A DNA stretch of 64,000 nucleotides from Bacteroidota bacterium (GTDB taxonomy: Bacteria > Bacteroidota > Bacteroidia > UKL13-3): positions 108,632-172,631 of the forward strand of contig CANJUD010000001.1 of NCBI GenBank assembly GCA_947477885.1. Reading direction: 5' to 3'. Under the pieces are notes generated by a model, which saw nothing but the letters and a program-made list of their open reading frames with translations, did not search any database and was not told where the DNA came from. Shown here piece by piece: positions 51,702 through 60,650 of the stretch. Positions within the stretch are counted from its first letter, which is position 1. Each line of letters opens with the position of its first letter. A program made the translations under genes and the position numbers.

Positions 51702-52430
51702 ATGGCTAGCGAAAAATCTAGAGGTGTTATAATAAACCACGTTAATTACAGCGAGACAAGTGTAGTGTGCAATATATTTACGAGAGAACATGGGTTGCTT
51801 GGATTTATGATGAAAGGATTGCGACGCGGCAAAGGAGCTATAAAAAGCAGTCATATTATGCCGCTTAATTTGGTAGATATTATATTCGACAATAAACCCA
51901 ATCAACAATTACTTATATTGAAGGAATTGCACTGTAATCCATTGCTGATGGGACTTCACGGTGAAATGCATAAGAATGCCTTGTCCATATTTATGAGTGA
52001 AGTATTACAAAAAACACTATATAAAGAACATGTTGATCAAAGTTTGTTTGACCATTTGGAAAGCACAATTATATATATAAATAGAGTACAAAATATTGCC
52101 AATATTCCTTGTTATTTTTTGTTAAAATTAGCTTTGTTCATGGGGTTCAAACCGAAGGGAGGATGGCAGCCCGAAGAGCAATTGATGTTGGATGTTTTTG
52201 ATGGAATTTTTACCAATATTGTAAAGAAAGAACATTTGCAATTATCGGTTGATGCCAGCAGGTATATATATAATTTGCTGAACAGCAGAATAGAAGAACA
52301 AGAAGTATTAAGCCAATTATACCAAACCCGCATTGAAGCATTGGACGGGATGGTTGATTACTTCCAATTTCATATTTTGAACCAGAAAAAAATTATTTCT
52401 CACCAAATTTTACATGATATTTTAAAATGA
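51702..52430 (+). CDS. recO: DNA repair protein RecO
   Basis: YSETSVVCNIFTREHG, FMSEVL, LFMGFKP, DYFQFH. Confidence 0.88.
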   Translation: MASEKSRGVIINHVNYSETSVVCNIFTREHGLLGFMMKGLRRGKGAIKSSHIMPLNLVDIIFDNKPNQQLLILKELHCNPLLMGLHGEMHKNALSIFMSEVLQKTLYKEHVDQSLFDHLESTIIYINRVQNIANIPCYFLLKLALFMGFKPKGGWQPEEQLMLDVFDGIFTNIVKKEHLQLSVDASRYIYNLLNSRIEEQEVLSQLYQTRIEALDGMVDYFQFHILNQKKIISHQILHDILK

Positions 52431-52897
52431 CCAGGATATTATTTGTTTGTCTCGGCAATATCTGCCGATCACCTATGGCAGAAGCTATTCTTAATCGATA
52501 TATCGATGAATTAGATTTAGATTTAAGCTGCGACAGTGCAGGCACGTCAAGCAATCATGTGGGGGAGAGGCTTGACAAACGAGCATTACAAAAATTAGCA
52601 GAATATGGAATAGATGCACCGCATAGGGGCCGTCAATTTTTGAAAGATGATTTTAACAATTGTGATTATATATTTGCAATGGATAAGCAGAACCTATCAG
52701 ATATCTTAAAATTGTGGGATAATAGTGGTTCTGCACAAATTATGCTGATGCGACTTTATGATCCAAATCCAGAAAACGAAGAAGTGCCTGACCCTTGGTA
52801 CGGAGATATGCAGGGTTTTGAGCACGTCTATCAAATGCTGGATAGAACCATTATGAATTTTTTGAATGAGAAACTCTTGATCCCCATTAAACATTAA
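52427..52897 (+). CDS. Low-molecular-weight protein-tyrosine phosphatase
   Basis: FVCLGNICRSPMAE, DSAGT, VPDPWYG. Confidence 0.95.
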   Translation: MTRILFVCLGNICRSPMAEAILNRYIDELDLDLSCDSAGTSSNHVGERLDKRALQKLAEYGIDAPHRGRQFLKDDFNNCDYIFAMDKQNLSDILKLWDNSGSAQIMLMRLYDPNPENEEVPDPWYGDMQGFEHVYQMLDRTIMNFLNEKLLIPIKH

Positions 52898-52928
52898 TTT
52901 TAGCCAAACCAATCACTAAAAAAAGCGA

Positions 52929-53441
52929 ATGATACACGAGGAACCTACTAGGCACAGCCCTGACAAAGTAAGCAGCGGCGAGATTGAAAATGAACAAAAC
53001 CTACCTGTGGTGCTGTTCATTGATGATGATGAAGACAACCTTATAAGCTATAAAAGCAATTACAGGAAAAATTTTAAAGTATACACTGCCAACAACGGGG
53101 TGGAAGCTTTACTTAAGATGGAATGGCAAATATTTGATGTAGTGGTTTGCGATCAAAGAATGGAAGGTATGACAGGAATTGAAGTGATGAAGAACATCGC
53201 TAAATTATATCCAGGCACCATCCGCATATTTGCCACAGGGTATCCCGATTATGAACAGTTAATGGATGCCATTAATGAAGCAGGTGTATACAAATGCGTT
53301 TTTAAACCTATTGATCACGACAAACTTTTAAGTTATTTATATTCTGGAGCCAGTTTAGCAAAGGCTTATCATGATGGTAAATATATATTAGAGAACTTAA
53401 AAGAAAAGCATAAGAAAATATTAAAAGAAGATATTAAGTAG
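52929..53441 (+). CDS. Receiver-domain response regulator without a clear output domain
   Basis: IDDDED, VCDQRMEGMTG, ATGY, FKP. Confidence 0.85.
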   Translation: MIHEEPTRHSPDKVSSGEIENEQNLPVVLFIDDDEDNLISYKSNYRKNFKVYTANNGVEALLKMEWQIFDVVVCDQRMEGMTGIEVMKNIAKLYPGTIRIFATGYPDYEQLMDAINEAGVYKCVFKPIDHDKLLSYLYSGASLAKAYHDGKYILENLKEKHKKILKEDIK

Positions 53442-53507
53442 GCTTTTCTTTTTCAGTTCCGCTGTTTTATACAACCTACCATAAACTTTTGTGTAATCCT
53501 GCCCCTC

Positions 53508-55286
53508 TTAAAAATTATTGACATACCCTAGGTGCACCCTTCCATTCGCAGCACTAAAAGGCGTTCCAGCGGTTTGGCCCAAGGCGTAGAATAGTTTTAG
53601 TATGCCGCCTCCAGTTTTTAATTGTACACCAGCACCCACACTATATAATATAGTGTTATTATATCCTTTGTCCCATTTTTTTTCGTACCATGCACTGTTT
53701 ACAAATGCTACTGCATGGGAATATCTGGAGAGCAAATATCTATATTCGTAATTACTAATTGCGTACGAAGTCGCAAAAATCGATTGCTCATTGAAACCTC
53801 TGATGGTATTGAGCCCGCCGATGCGGAACATGTCGTTTTGGAATATATGGTTTACGAAATTTGTGGCAGTGTTAACACTCCAAAGCACACAGGAATATTT
53901 GCTGAGTTTTATATATAAATTACTTTTGAAATTGAGTTTATATTGTACCGTGTTTAATTTAATACTATCATATATATGATATGCATCTCCTTGTTGGGAA
54001 TATAATACCATATCATTTATCTGGTTATTCTTTTGCAAGCTACGCAAACCCGCTTGGGCTATAGCGTCTATGGAATATCCTTTAAGTGGATTGGCGGTAA
54101 AATCTAATTTTCGCAAGCTGATATTGATACCATAATTGTTTGCTTTTAAATCATTGAAGCTCGGCAGTGTTTTTGTTTGGCGGATGATAGTTGTGTCAGC
54201 ATTGAGCAAGAATAAATTTTGATATTCATAATATACACGGAGATAGTTTGAAGGATTCGGTTGATAGCGAAAACCAATTTGGGAATTCAAATCAATATAA
54301 GTAGTGTCAAATTTCAACACAGAAATAGTTGCATCCAAACCAATAGGACTTTTAAGAAAATTGGGTATATTGATTTTAGCTTTCAAGTCTTGCGAGTTAC
54401 CTGCAAAGCTGCGATAGTCAACGGCTGTTTCCACACCTCGATTAAACATATTGGGAATTTGAAAATGAAATTCACCTGTTAAAACAAAATTGCGTTTGCC
54501 AGTGGCATCGGGCTGTAGACCAACCACACCGTCAAAATTATTGGCCCTGGTTTGGTTTAAGAAAATACGAATTTTTACTTTTGTTCCTTCAAAATATACT
54601 TGAATGGGTTTATATACTTCTACAAAACTTAATTGTCTTAATTTATTATCGGCAGTGATAATCATAGATTCATTATAATAATTTCCTTTTTTAATTCCGA
54701 TATAATATTCTACATAACTTTGCCGGAGTTTGGCATCGCCAATAATTTCTACTTGGTCTATAATAAACTGTGGGCCTGCAGTGAATATGAGGTTTGCCTC
54801 GATATTTTTCTCGGTTAAAGAAGTCGGTTTTACATAGAAACTGGCAAATGGATAACCATTGTTTTCATATATATTTAAAAATTTCTGTATGGATTTTTCC
54901 AAAACTGAGCCTGTAATATTTTTGTTCAGACTATTATATATATTTTTGGTATCTGCTTGTAAAATATTGGCAGTATCATTAAAACTTTTTAATTCATATT
55001 CATATTTAATTCCTTTGGAAATATATAATAGGATAGCTGAATCTGATTTTTTCGTTTCGATATACGCGTCCATATATCCAAATGCGGCTAATGTCCCCTT
55101 AAGTTTTTCCAGCAGCTGGGGAAGATGCGCAGTGTCCGTCTGAAATTTGCGGTTGAACGATTTGTATAGAACTTGATCTTGGCTAGAATCGGATAGGGTG
55201 ATGCGGACGGGCAATATTTGCTGGGCATTTGCTAGGCAGCAAACAAACGCCAACAGAATTCCGCCAATTATTTTCCGAATAATCAT
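53508..55286 (-). CDS. Omp85-type (BamA/TamA-like) outer membrane protein
   Basis: Signal peptide, POTRA-like NNGYPFA, FRIGGLNTIRGFNEQ loop motif, terminal LGYVNNF. Confidence 0.8.
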   Translation of the reverse strand: MIIRKIIGGILLAFVCCLANAQQILPVRITLSDSSQDQVLYKSFNRKFQTDTAHLPQLLEKLKGTLAAFGYMDAYIETKKSDSAILLYISKGIKYEYELKSFNDTANILQADTKNIYNSLNKNITGSVLEKSIQKFLNIYENNGYPFASFYVKPTSLTEKNIEANLIFTAGPQFIIDQVEIIGDAKLRQSYVEYYIGIKKGNYYNESMIITADNKLRQLSFVEVYKPIQVYFEGTKVKIRIFLNQTRANNFDGVVGLQPDATGKRNFVLTGEFHFQIPNMFNRGVETAVDYRSFAGNSQDLKAKINIPNFLKSPIGLDATISVLKFDTTYIDLNSQIGFRYQPNPSNYLRVYYEYQNLFLLNADTTIIRQTKTLPSFNDLKANNYGINISLRKLDFTANPLKGYSIDAIAQAGLRSLQKNNQINDMVLYSQQGDAYHIYDSIKLNTVQYKLNFKSNLYIKLSKYSCVLWSVNTATNFVNHIFQNDMFRIGGLNTIRGFNEQSIFATSYAISNYEYRYLLSRYSHAVAFVNSAWYEKKWDKGYNNTILYSVGAGVQLKTGGGILKLFYALGQTAGTPFSAANGRVHLGYVNNF

Positions 55287-55291
55287 TTTGC

Positions 55292-55317
55292 CACGAATTA
55301 CACGAATAATTGCGAAT
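55292..55317. repeat. CACGAAT 9-mer repeat arm
   Basis: cacgaatta cacgaataa ttgcgaat. Confidence 0.45.
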
Positions 55318-55352
55318 GTTATTGTCTTAAATTTGCAGAAAATATTTTATCC

Positions 55353-56318
55353 GTGGAATCTCTCATAAAATTGCTGAACCAAGGCATCAAAGATTATAAT
55401 ATCGCAACGAAGGGTTACCAAACTGCTGAGCAGCAAAAGTACTTGATGAACTTAGGTGGCAAACGTGTACGTCCTTTGCTCGCCTTGATGTCGTGCGAGA
55501 TGTTTGGCAAAGACCCAGCTGCTGCATTGCCTGCCGCTTTGGCGGTAGAGGTATTTCATAATTTCAGTTTGGTGCATGATGATATTATGGACCAAGCACC
55601 CATGCGCAGAGGTAAAGAAACGGTGCATCAAAAATGGAACTCGGCAACTGCAATACTAACAGGCGATGTAATGCTGGTGAATGCATACCAACTATTACAA
55701 CAACTAGATAGTGATGTTTGTAAATCTGCAATGGAATTATTCAGCACCGCAGCAGTACAAGTGTGCGATGGGCAAATGCTGGACATGGGTTTTGAAAATA
55801 AATCGCATGTTTCCATACAAGAATATCTGGATATGATAACGCTGAAGACTGCAGTTTTATTAGGCTGTTCACTTAAACTTGGAGCAATAGTAGCACAAGC
55901 GCCTCCTACCTTTGCCAATCACTTATATCATTTCGGTGTGAAGCTTGGTATCTCATTCCAGTTGCAGGATGATATACTGGATGTATATGCAAAAGGAGAT
56001 GCATTTGGGAAGCAAATTGGCGGTGATATCTTATCCAACAAAAAAACTTTTTTGCTTATTTCTGCATTAGAAAATGCAACAGGAGAAGAGAAAAAATTAT
56101 TAGATTTTTGGTTACGCCATCCCAATCCAGACCCAGCAGAAAAAGTGGAAATCATCACTTCATTATATAATAAACTGGGCATACACCAACAAGCCAAAAC
56201 GATGATGGAAAACTATTATACTGATGCGATGGATCTATTGGCAGCCGTAGAAGTTAGTACTGATGCGAAAAAACCATTATATAGTTTGGCGGGGAAGCTT
56301 TTGCATAGGGAAAATTGA
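55353..56318 (+). CDS. Polyprenyl diphosphate synthase (IspA/CrtE-like)
   Basis: GGKRVRP, HDDIMD (FARM), RRG, KTA, FQLQDD (SARM), GGD...KKT. Confidence 0.93.
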   Translation: MESLIKLLNQGIKDYNIATKGYQTAEQQKYLMNLGGKRVRPLLALMSCEMFGKDPAAALPAALAVEVFHNFSLVHDDIMDQAPMRRGKETVHQKWNSATAILTGDVMLVNAYQLLQQLDSDVCKSAMELFSTAAVQVCDGQMLDMGFENKSHVSIQEYLDMITLKTAVLLGCSLKLGAIVAQAPPTFANHLYHFGVKLGISFQLQDDILDVYAKGDAFGKQIGGDILSNKKTFLLISALENATGEEKKLLDFWLRHPNPDPAEKVEIITSLYNKLGIHQQAKTMMENYYTDAMDLLAAVEVSTDAKKPLYSLAGKLLHREN

Positions 56319-56329
56319 TTTATGGTATT

Positions 56330-56456
56330 CGATGCACGATTTGCGATTGACGAGGAGAGCTAAAAGTGGTTGGTCACAATACACAACCACAGGCAGTGCT
56401 ATAATCAGACGTCAGCAAAATCGTACATCATAAATCGCACATCGTACATCGTCAAT
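56330..56456. repeat. 7-mer inverted-repeat element H7 (CGATGTA family) between convergent genes
   Basis: cgatgca cgatttg cgattga cga ... aatcgta catcata aatcgca catcgta catcgtc aat. Confidence 0.82.
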
Positions 56457-56823
56457 TGCCATACAACAATAAATTCTGCGCAGCTTTATTCCCTTTCTTA
56501 TCCGTGGCCTCTATGTGCAGCGTAAAAGTAGATTTGGTATAATAATTCAGTGTCCATGAAGTTTGAACTCTTTTTTGTTTCAATCCTACACTTTCTGTTT
56601 GCACGAGTTCCTCTTTTTGGGTAGTTTCGTTGCTTAGTTTAATGCTATAGCTCCTTATCTCGTCATTGTCCGAAATCAAAAAATTTATGTTTAATACATC
56701 ACCTTTATAAATATGTTTTCCATCTTCGGGCGTATCAATATTAATACCTGGAGGATAGGGGTCTTTGTTATTGCAACAAATAAATAAAAAGGCTATTAAA
56801 TAGTAAAGTATTTTTTTTTTCAT
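56452..56823 (-). CDS. Small lipoprotein with Ig-like domain (start trimmed to MKKKILYY)
   Basis: Lipobox-like FLFIC-C; P.I.I.TP.DG Ig-like signature; IEATDKKGN. Confidence 0.7.
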   Translation of the reverse strand: MKKKILYYLIAFLFICCNNKDPYPPGINIDTPEDGKHIYKGDVLNINFLISDNDEIRSYSIKLSNETTQKEELVQTESVGLKQKRVQTSWTLNYYTKSTFTLHIEATDKKGNKAAQNLLLYGN

Positions 56824-56883
56824 TATTGTTCGGCAAATAAACGAAAGAGATTCGTTATTTGCAGCAAAATTACAGAGGAAACT

Positions 56884-57375
56884 ATGCAAATAAGAATTAT
56901 CGTTACAGGCGGCACATTCGACAAAGAGTACAATGAGTTGAATGGTCAATTGTTTTTCAAGGAAACCCATTTGCAAACGATGTTGGGCTTGGGGCGTTGC
57001 CTGCTTAAGGTTTCAGTAGATATTCCCATGCTCATCGACAGCTTGGACATGACCGATGCAGACCGAGAGCGTATTGCAAACGAGATTGGCAAATGCACCG
57101 AAGAGAGATTGGTAATTACCCACGGCACTGATACCATGACCGATACCGCTGCATATATAGCCGCAAAAAACTATGGTAAAACTATTATACTAACAGGTGC
57201 GATGATACCTTATATATTTGGCAGCAGTGATGGACTATTTAATCTTGGTTCTGCACTCGCATTTGCACAAACACTTCCGCATGGCGTATATGTGGTAATG
57301 AATGGGCGTTATTTTCATTGGGACAATGTGTGGAAGAATAAAGCGATTGGGGTGTTTGAGGAGAAAGGAAAATAG
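56884..57375 (+). CDS. Short-chain asparaginase (N-terminal catalytic domain only)
   Basis: IVTGGTFDK, DSLDMT, ITHGTDTM, TGAMIP, VMNG. Confidence 0.85.
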   Translation: MQIRIIVTGGTFDKEYNELNGQLFFKETHLQTMLGLGRCLLKVSVDIPMLIDSLDMTDADRERIANEIGKCTEERLVITHGTDTMTDTAAYIAAKNYGKTIILTGAMIPYIFGSSDGLFNLGSALAFAQTLPHGVYVVMNGRYFHWDNVWKNKAIGVFEEKGK

Positions 57376-57483
57376 TCTGACCCGATGCTTCAGGTCACGG
57401 ATTAAAGTTCGCCGCGGCGAATTACGGAATATATAATAAACGTGCTCAATCATCTCCCCTCAGGGGAGACAGGAGAGGGTCTA

Positions 57484-58218
57484 CTACCCGCCAAAACGCA
57501 TCACCTTAGTTGCATTCATATATATTCTGATATCATCTGCTTTTAATATTTGATTGGTGGGCGTGAGCAAATAACGGATTTTGATAAAGTTAATCAAACT
57601 TCCCGGTTTTAGTTTTGATATCGTGGTTTTCATTTCTTTGGTGAACACAGCCCCTTTGGCATATAAGGTATCAAATTTATTTTTATTAATGGTTACCATA
57701 TAGAAATCAATGACGCCACCTCTAAATATATCATCTTTGGGGAAATTGGCCGACAGATGCCCGTAAGCCATTAAGTTTAATTTTTCGGCAACACTATCAG
57801 GTACTATATCATTTACTTTTATCAAAGGTTTAGGCACTGAACTAACTATATATTTTTTATTTTGTAATAGTACATTTTCCCCTCTTAAGTTAGTTCCATA
57901 TATATGCATGTTTGCAAGTGCCGCATCTTTCAATCCTTCAATTACCCATTCACTGTCATTTTGAATTGCTTTGGCACCTTCCATTTTTATATTACTTATT
58001 TTGCCGATGGAGTTCGTTATTACAAATCGTTGCTTCATTCCTATATATAATACTTTTACATCAGGGAGCACCGTAATTTCTTGTTTCGGTGCTACTACTT
58101 TTATAATGTGAGTAGAATCTTTTTGAGCAAAAATAAGCTTCGGAAAAAAGGCCAAGGCCACCCAAATAATGAGTGGCACCAAGCCTCTTACAAAACGCCT
58201 GCATGTATAGGCTGACAT
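57484..58218 (-). CDS. GldM-like C-terminal-domain paralog
   Basis: Signal/TM segment, KVLYIG, KYIVSSVPKP, VIDFYM, GAVFTKEMKTTISKLKPGSLINFIKI, resembling GldM D2/D4. Confidence 0.65.
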   Translation of the reverse strand: MSAYTCRRFVRGLVPLIIWVALAFFPKLIFAQKDSTHIIKVVAPKQEITVLPDVKVLYIGMKQRFVITNSIGKISNIKMEGAKAIQNDSEWVIEGLKDAALANMHIYGTNLRGENVLLQNKKYIVSSVPKPLIKVNDIVPDSVAEKLNLMAYGHLSANFPKDDIFRGGVIDFYMVTINKNKFDTLYAKGAVFTKEMKTTISKLKPGSLINFIKIRYLLTPTNQILKADDIRIYMNATKVMRFGG

Positions 58219-58271
58219 ATCTTTATAACGTATTAATTAATTTTATTGTACTATATATTTGTCGACTTAGG

Positions 58272-58314
58272 AAAAGGATAAAGCCACCCCAATACCAAGG
58301 TGGTTTTATCCTTT
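58272..58314. terminator. Hairpin, probably the terminator of the ECF operon
   Basis: aaaaggataaagccacc-loop-ggtggttttatccttt. Confidence 0.65.
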
Positions 58315-58386
58315 AATTTAACTCCTCAATCTGCACTGACACAATAATAAAACGTAGTTTATTGGATTTTATTGTGTGCTTTGTTT

Positions 58387-58492
58387 TGTCATCCTGAGTT
58401 TATCGAAGGGCGACAAAACAATGGAGATTGCTTTTTATAATAGTATTCCTAATATCTTCCTTCGAACTGTCTTCGATAAACTCAGACTGACA
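58387..58492. repeat. TGTCA...TGACA palindromic element T2, abutting the stop of the 714-aa gene
   Basis: tgtcatcctgagtttatcgaagggcgaca ... tgtcttcgataaactcagactgaca. Confidence 0.87.
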
Positions 58493-58493
58493 G

Positions 58494-60638
58494 TTAATTC
58501 AAATTCAAATAATCTGCAATTTCATCTTCCGTTTTCAATTCTTTTTCGCTCACATGCATAGCAAAGGTGAGTTGATTAATTCCTTCTTTTTTCGGATTTA
58601 ATTTTTTCACTTCTTCGGACTCCATCATCGCTATTTTCCCATCATAGGTTACTATCCAAAAGGTAGTTGACGATTGTGGATTATAACTCAAATTTGCTCT
58701 GCCATTATTGCTAGATATAGTATATAGTGCATTGCGACCGTGATCAACCATATATAATGAATTGTATGGAATCGGTTTGCCTTTATCGTCGGTAACACTT
58801 GCCAATACTGTAGCTCCCGTGGGCATATTGCTAGGGCAGTCACTATTATACATTCCAAATTCACGAACCTGAAAAACACGATAACCAATACTTTGTATAT
58901 AACTTGTTTTATTTTGTTTTTCCCAAGCTTCAGCTTGTTTTTTAGCAAATTCGATTTTCGATTTTTCGTATTTTGCATAAGCTTCTTGGCCCTGTATTTC
59001 AGCATCGTTTAATTGCTTTTGTTCACGGTCTTCATTCATCATTTTTCCTTTATATCGGCTTTGATATTGTGTATACAATTTATTGTAAGTTTCCATAGCC
59101 ACTGCATAATCTTTATCTTTAAACACTGGGCGACAATTTGTAATACTATATATCTTTGGATCTTTGCGTATATAAGTTCTCACCAAAGTGAAATCATAAT
59201 AACCAAGATTTTTGCTTCTGTATATTCTCACATTATCATATACTGTATCTTCAAAGTTGGGTGGCAAACTAGCAAACTGCGCCTCAGGAATTTCAAAAAC
59301 TATATCCTTATACACACCCAGTTCAGGAAACTGATTGGGGTTAATAGCCAGCTTAAAAGTATTCTTTGCAGCTACTGATTTGGCGGGCTTTACAGGTTTG
59401 AAATCTTTGGGCAGAGCTAACGCTTCTCCTTCTTCCAATTCTTTTAGCTTGGCAGTATATCTTTCATGTGCTTTATTATAGATTTCCATTGCTGCGGTAT
59501 AACCTTCTTCATCGAAAACGGGGGAAGCGTTTAGGACGTGAAATCTTTTGGCACTTCCATCGGGGTTAGAAGATACCAAAACAATTTTATAATATCCAGG
59601 TTTCTCTTTACTTCGTTCAATGGCATTAATTTTAACACTTGTGTCAAACTCATATTCACCTTTGTAAACATCAAATTCAAACATCACTTTAGTACCACCA
59701 TACATTTCCAATTCAGGAAAACGTCGTGAAGGTATAGTGAGTGTTTTTACATATTTGGTAAATAAATTCCTTTTCCTAGGTTTCATTAAATCAAGTGTTT
59801 TCAATGCTTTGGTAGTTTTACTATAGTCAACACTATCTCTTTTGGTCATTGGAAGATGATATACAAAATCTTTTTTTGGTTTAACTGTTGGTGCCAAAGT
59901 CATTTCTATATCTTTTGGTGATTTGTAATCGGGAATACCATGTTCTATAACTGTTGTGTTTTCTTTTTTCACCTCGGGTTTTTCCATTTCACTTTTACCT
60001 AAATAAGCCCAAGTTTTTTTAACAGTATCCAATAAATACATATTATATCTATCATCTTTATAAGCAGAACTCATCTTCACATTCAACCTTTTTCCACTAG
60101 CAATTTTAATTGGTTTATTGGCTAAAAAGCCATTCAAATCAAACATTCCCGCAGATTCAAATGTGTACTTTGTGCCCGCACTATCATATGTCATGGGAAT
60201 TCCTGATACAAAAAAGTCTGTTGGTTTGCGGAATTCTCTGTACTTTAAATCTACTATTCCTTTTATCGCACTTCCATCTATATTTACAAAAGCATTCGCA
60301 GGAATTTCTATCATACTTCCGCTAGGCAAAGTAATAGTTCCTCCTGTTTCTGCATTTATTTTTAAGGTGGTATCGGGGATGTTAACACCTGCTATCGGTG
60401 GGTTTACAAAGGGTTTAGTAGTTGCTGTAATAGCATCCGTTTTCATATAATTATAAGCTATAATACCTACCACAGCTATAATACTTGCAGCAGCACTCCA
60501 CAGCAAAGGTTTATTATATATTTTTGGCTTGGGTGTTGTATTTGCATTATTACATGCATCCATTAGTTTGCCAAAATTTTTGGTTGATTCTATTTCAGGG
60601 TCACCGATATCAGCTCGGTTTTTATTATACTTGTTCAT
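58494..60638 (-). CDS. Single-pass membrane protein, putative anti-sigma factor with large periplasmic region
   Basis: Short cytoplasmic N-terminus (DPEIESTKNFGKL), TM LWSAAASIIAVVGIIAY, tandem repeat; starts 12 bp after the ECF gene. Confidence 0.65.
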   Translation of the reverse strand: MNKYNKNRADIGDPEIESTKNFGKLMDACNNANTTPKPKIYNKPLLWSAAASIIAVVGIIAYNYMKTDAITATTKPFVNPPIAGVNIPDTTLKINAETGGTITLPSGSMIEIPANAFVNIDGSAIKGIVDLKYREFRKPTDFFVSGIPMTYDSAGTKYTFESAGMFDLNGFLANKPIKIASGKRLNVKMSSAYKDDRYNMYLLDTVKKTWAYLGKSEMEKPEVKKENTTVIEHGIPDYKSPKDIEMTLAPTVKPKKDFVYHLPMTKRDSVDYSKTTKALKTLDLMKPRKRNLFTKYVKTLTIPSRRFPELEMYGGTKVMFEFDVYKGEYEFDTSVKINAIERSKEKPGYYKIVLVSSNPDGSAKRFHVLNASPVFDEEGYTAAMEIYNKAHERYTAKLKELEEGEALALPKDFKPVKPAKSVAAKNTFKLAINPNQFPELGVYKDIVFEIPEAQFASLPPNFEDTVYDNVRIYRSKNLGYYDFTLVRTYIRKDPKIYSITNCRPVFKDKDYAVAMETYNKLYTQYQSRYKGKMMNEDREQKQLNDAEIQGQEAYAKYEKSKIEFAKKQAEAWEKQNKTSYIQSIGYRVFQVREFGMYNSDCPSNMPTGATVLASVTDDKGKPIPYNSLYMVDHGRNALYTISSNNGRANLSYNPQSSTTFWIVTYDGKIAMMESEEVKKLNPKKEGINQLTFAMHVSEKELKTEDEIADYLNLN

Positions 60639-60650
60639 GATAGTTCTTTT

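Noticed and set aside
52929-53441. Orphan response regulator as a novel signalling system
   Set aside because: Stand-alone receiver proteins are common and no kinase or distinctive partner is linked
15706-56456. 7-mer arrays and dispersed repeats as a CRISPR array
   Set aside because: No regularly spaced 23-47 bp direct repeats with unique spacers and no cas genes
56811-56820. A10 tract at the start of the lipoprotein gene as a phase-variation switch
   Set aside because: In frame, encodes an ordinary Lys-rich signal n-region, and such runs are common in AT-rich DNA
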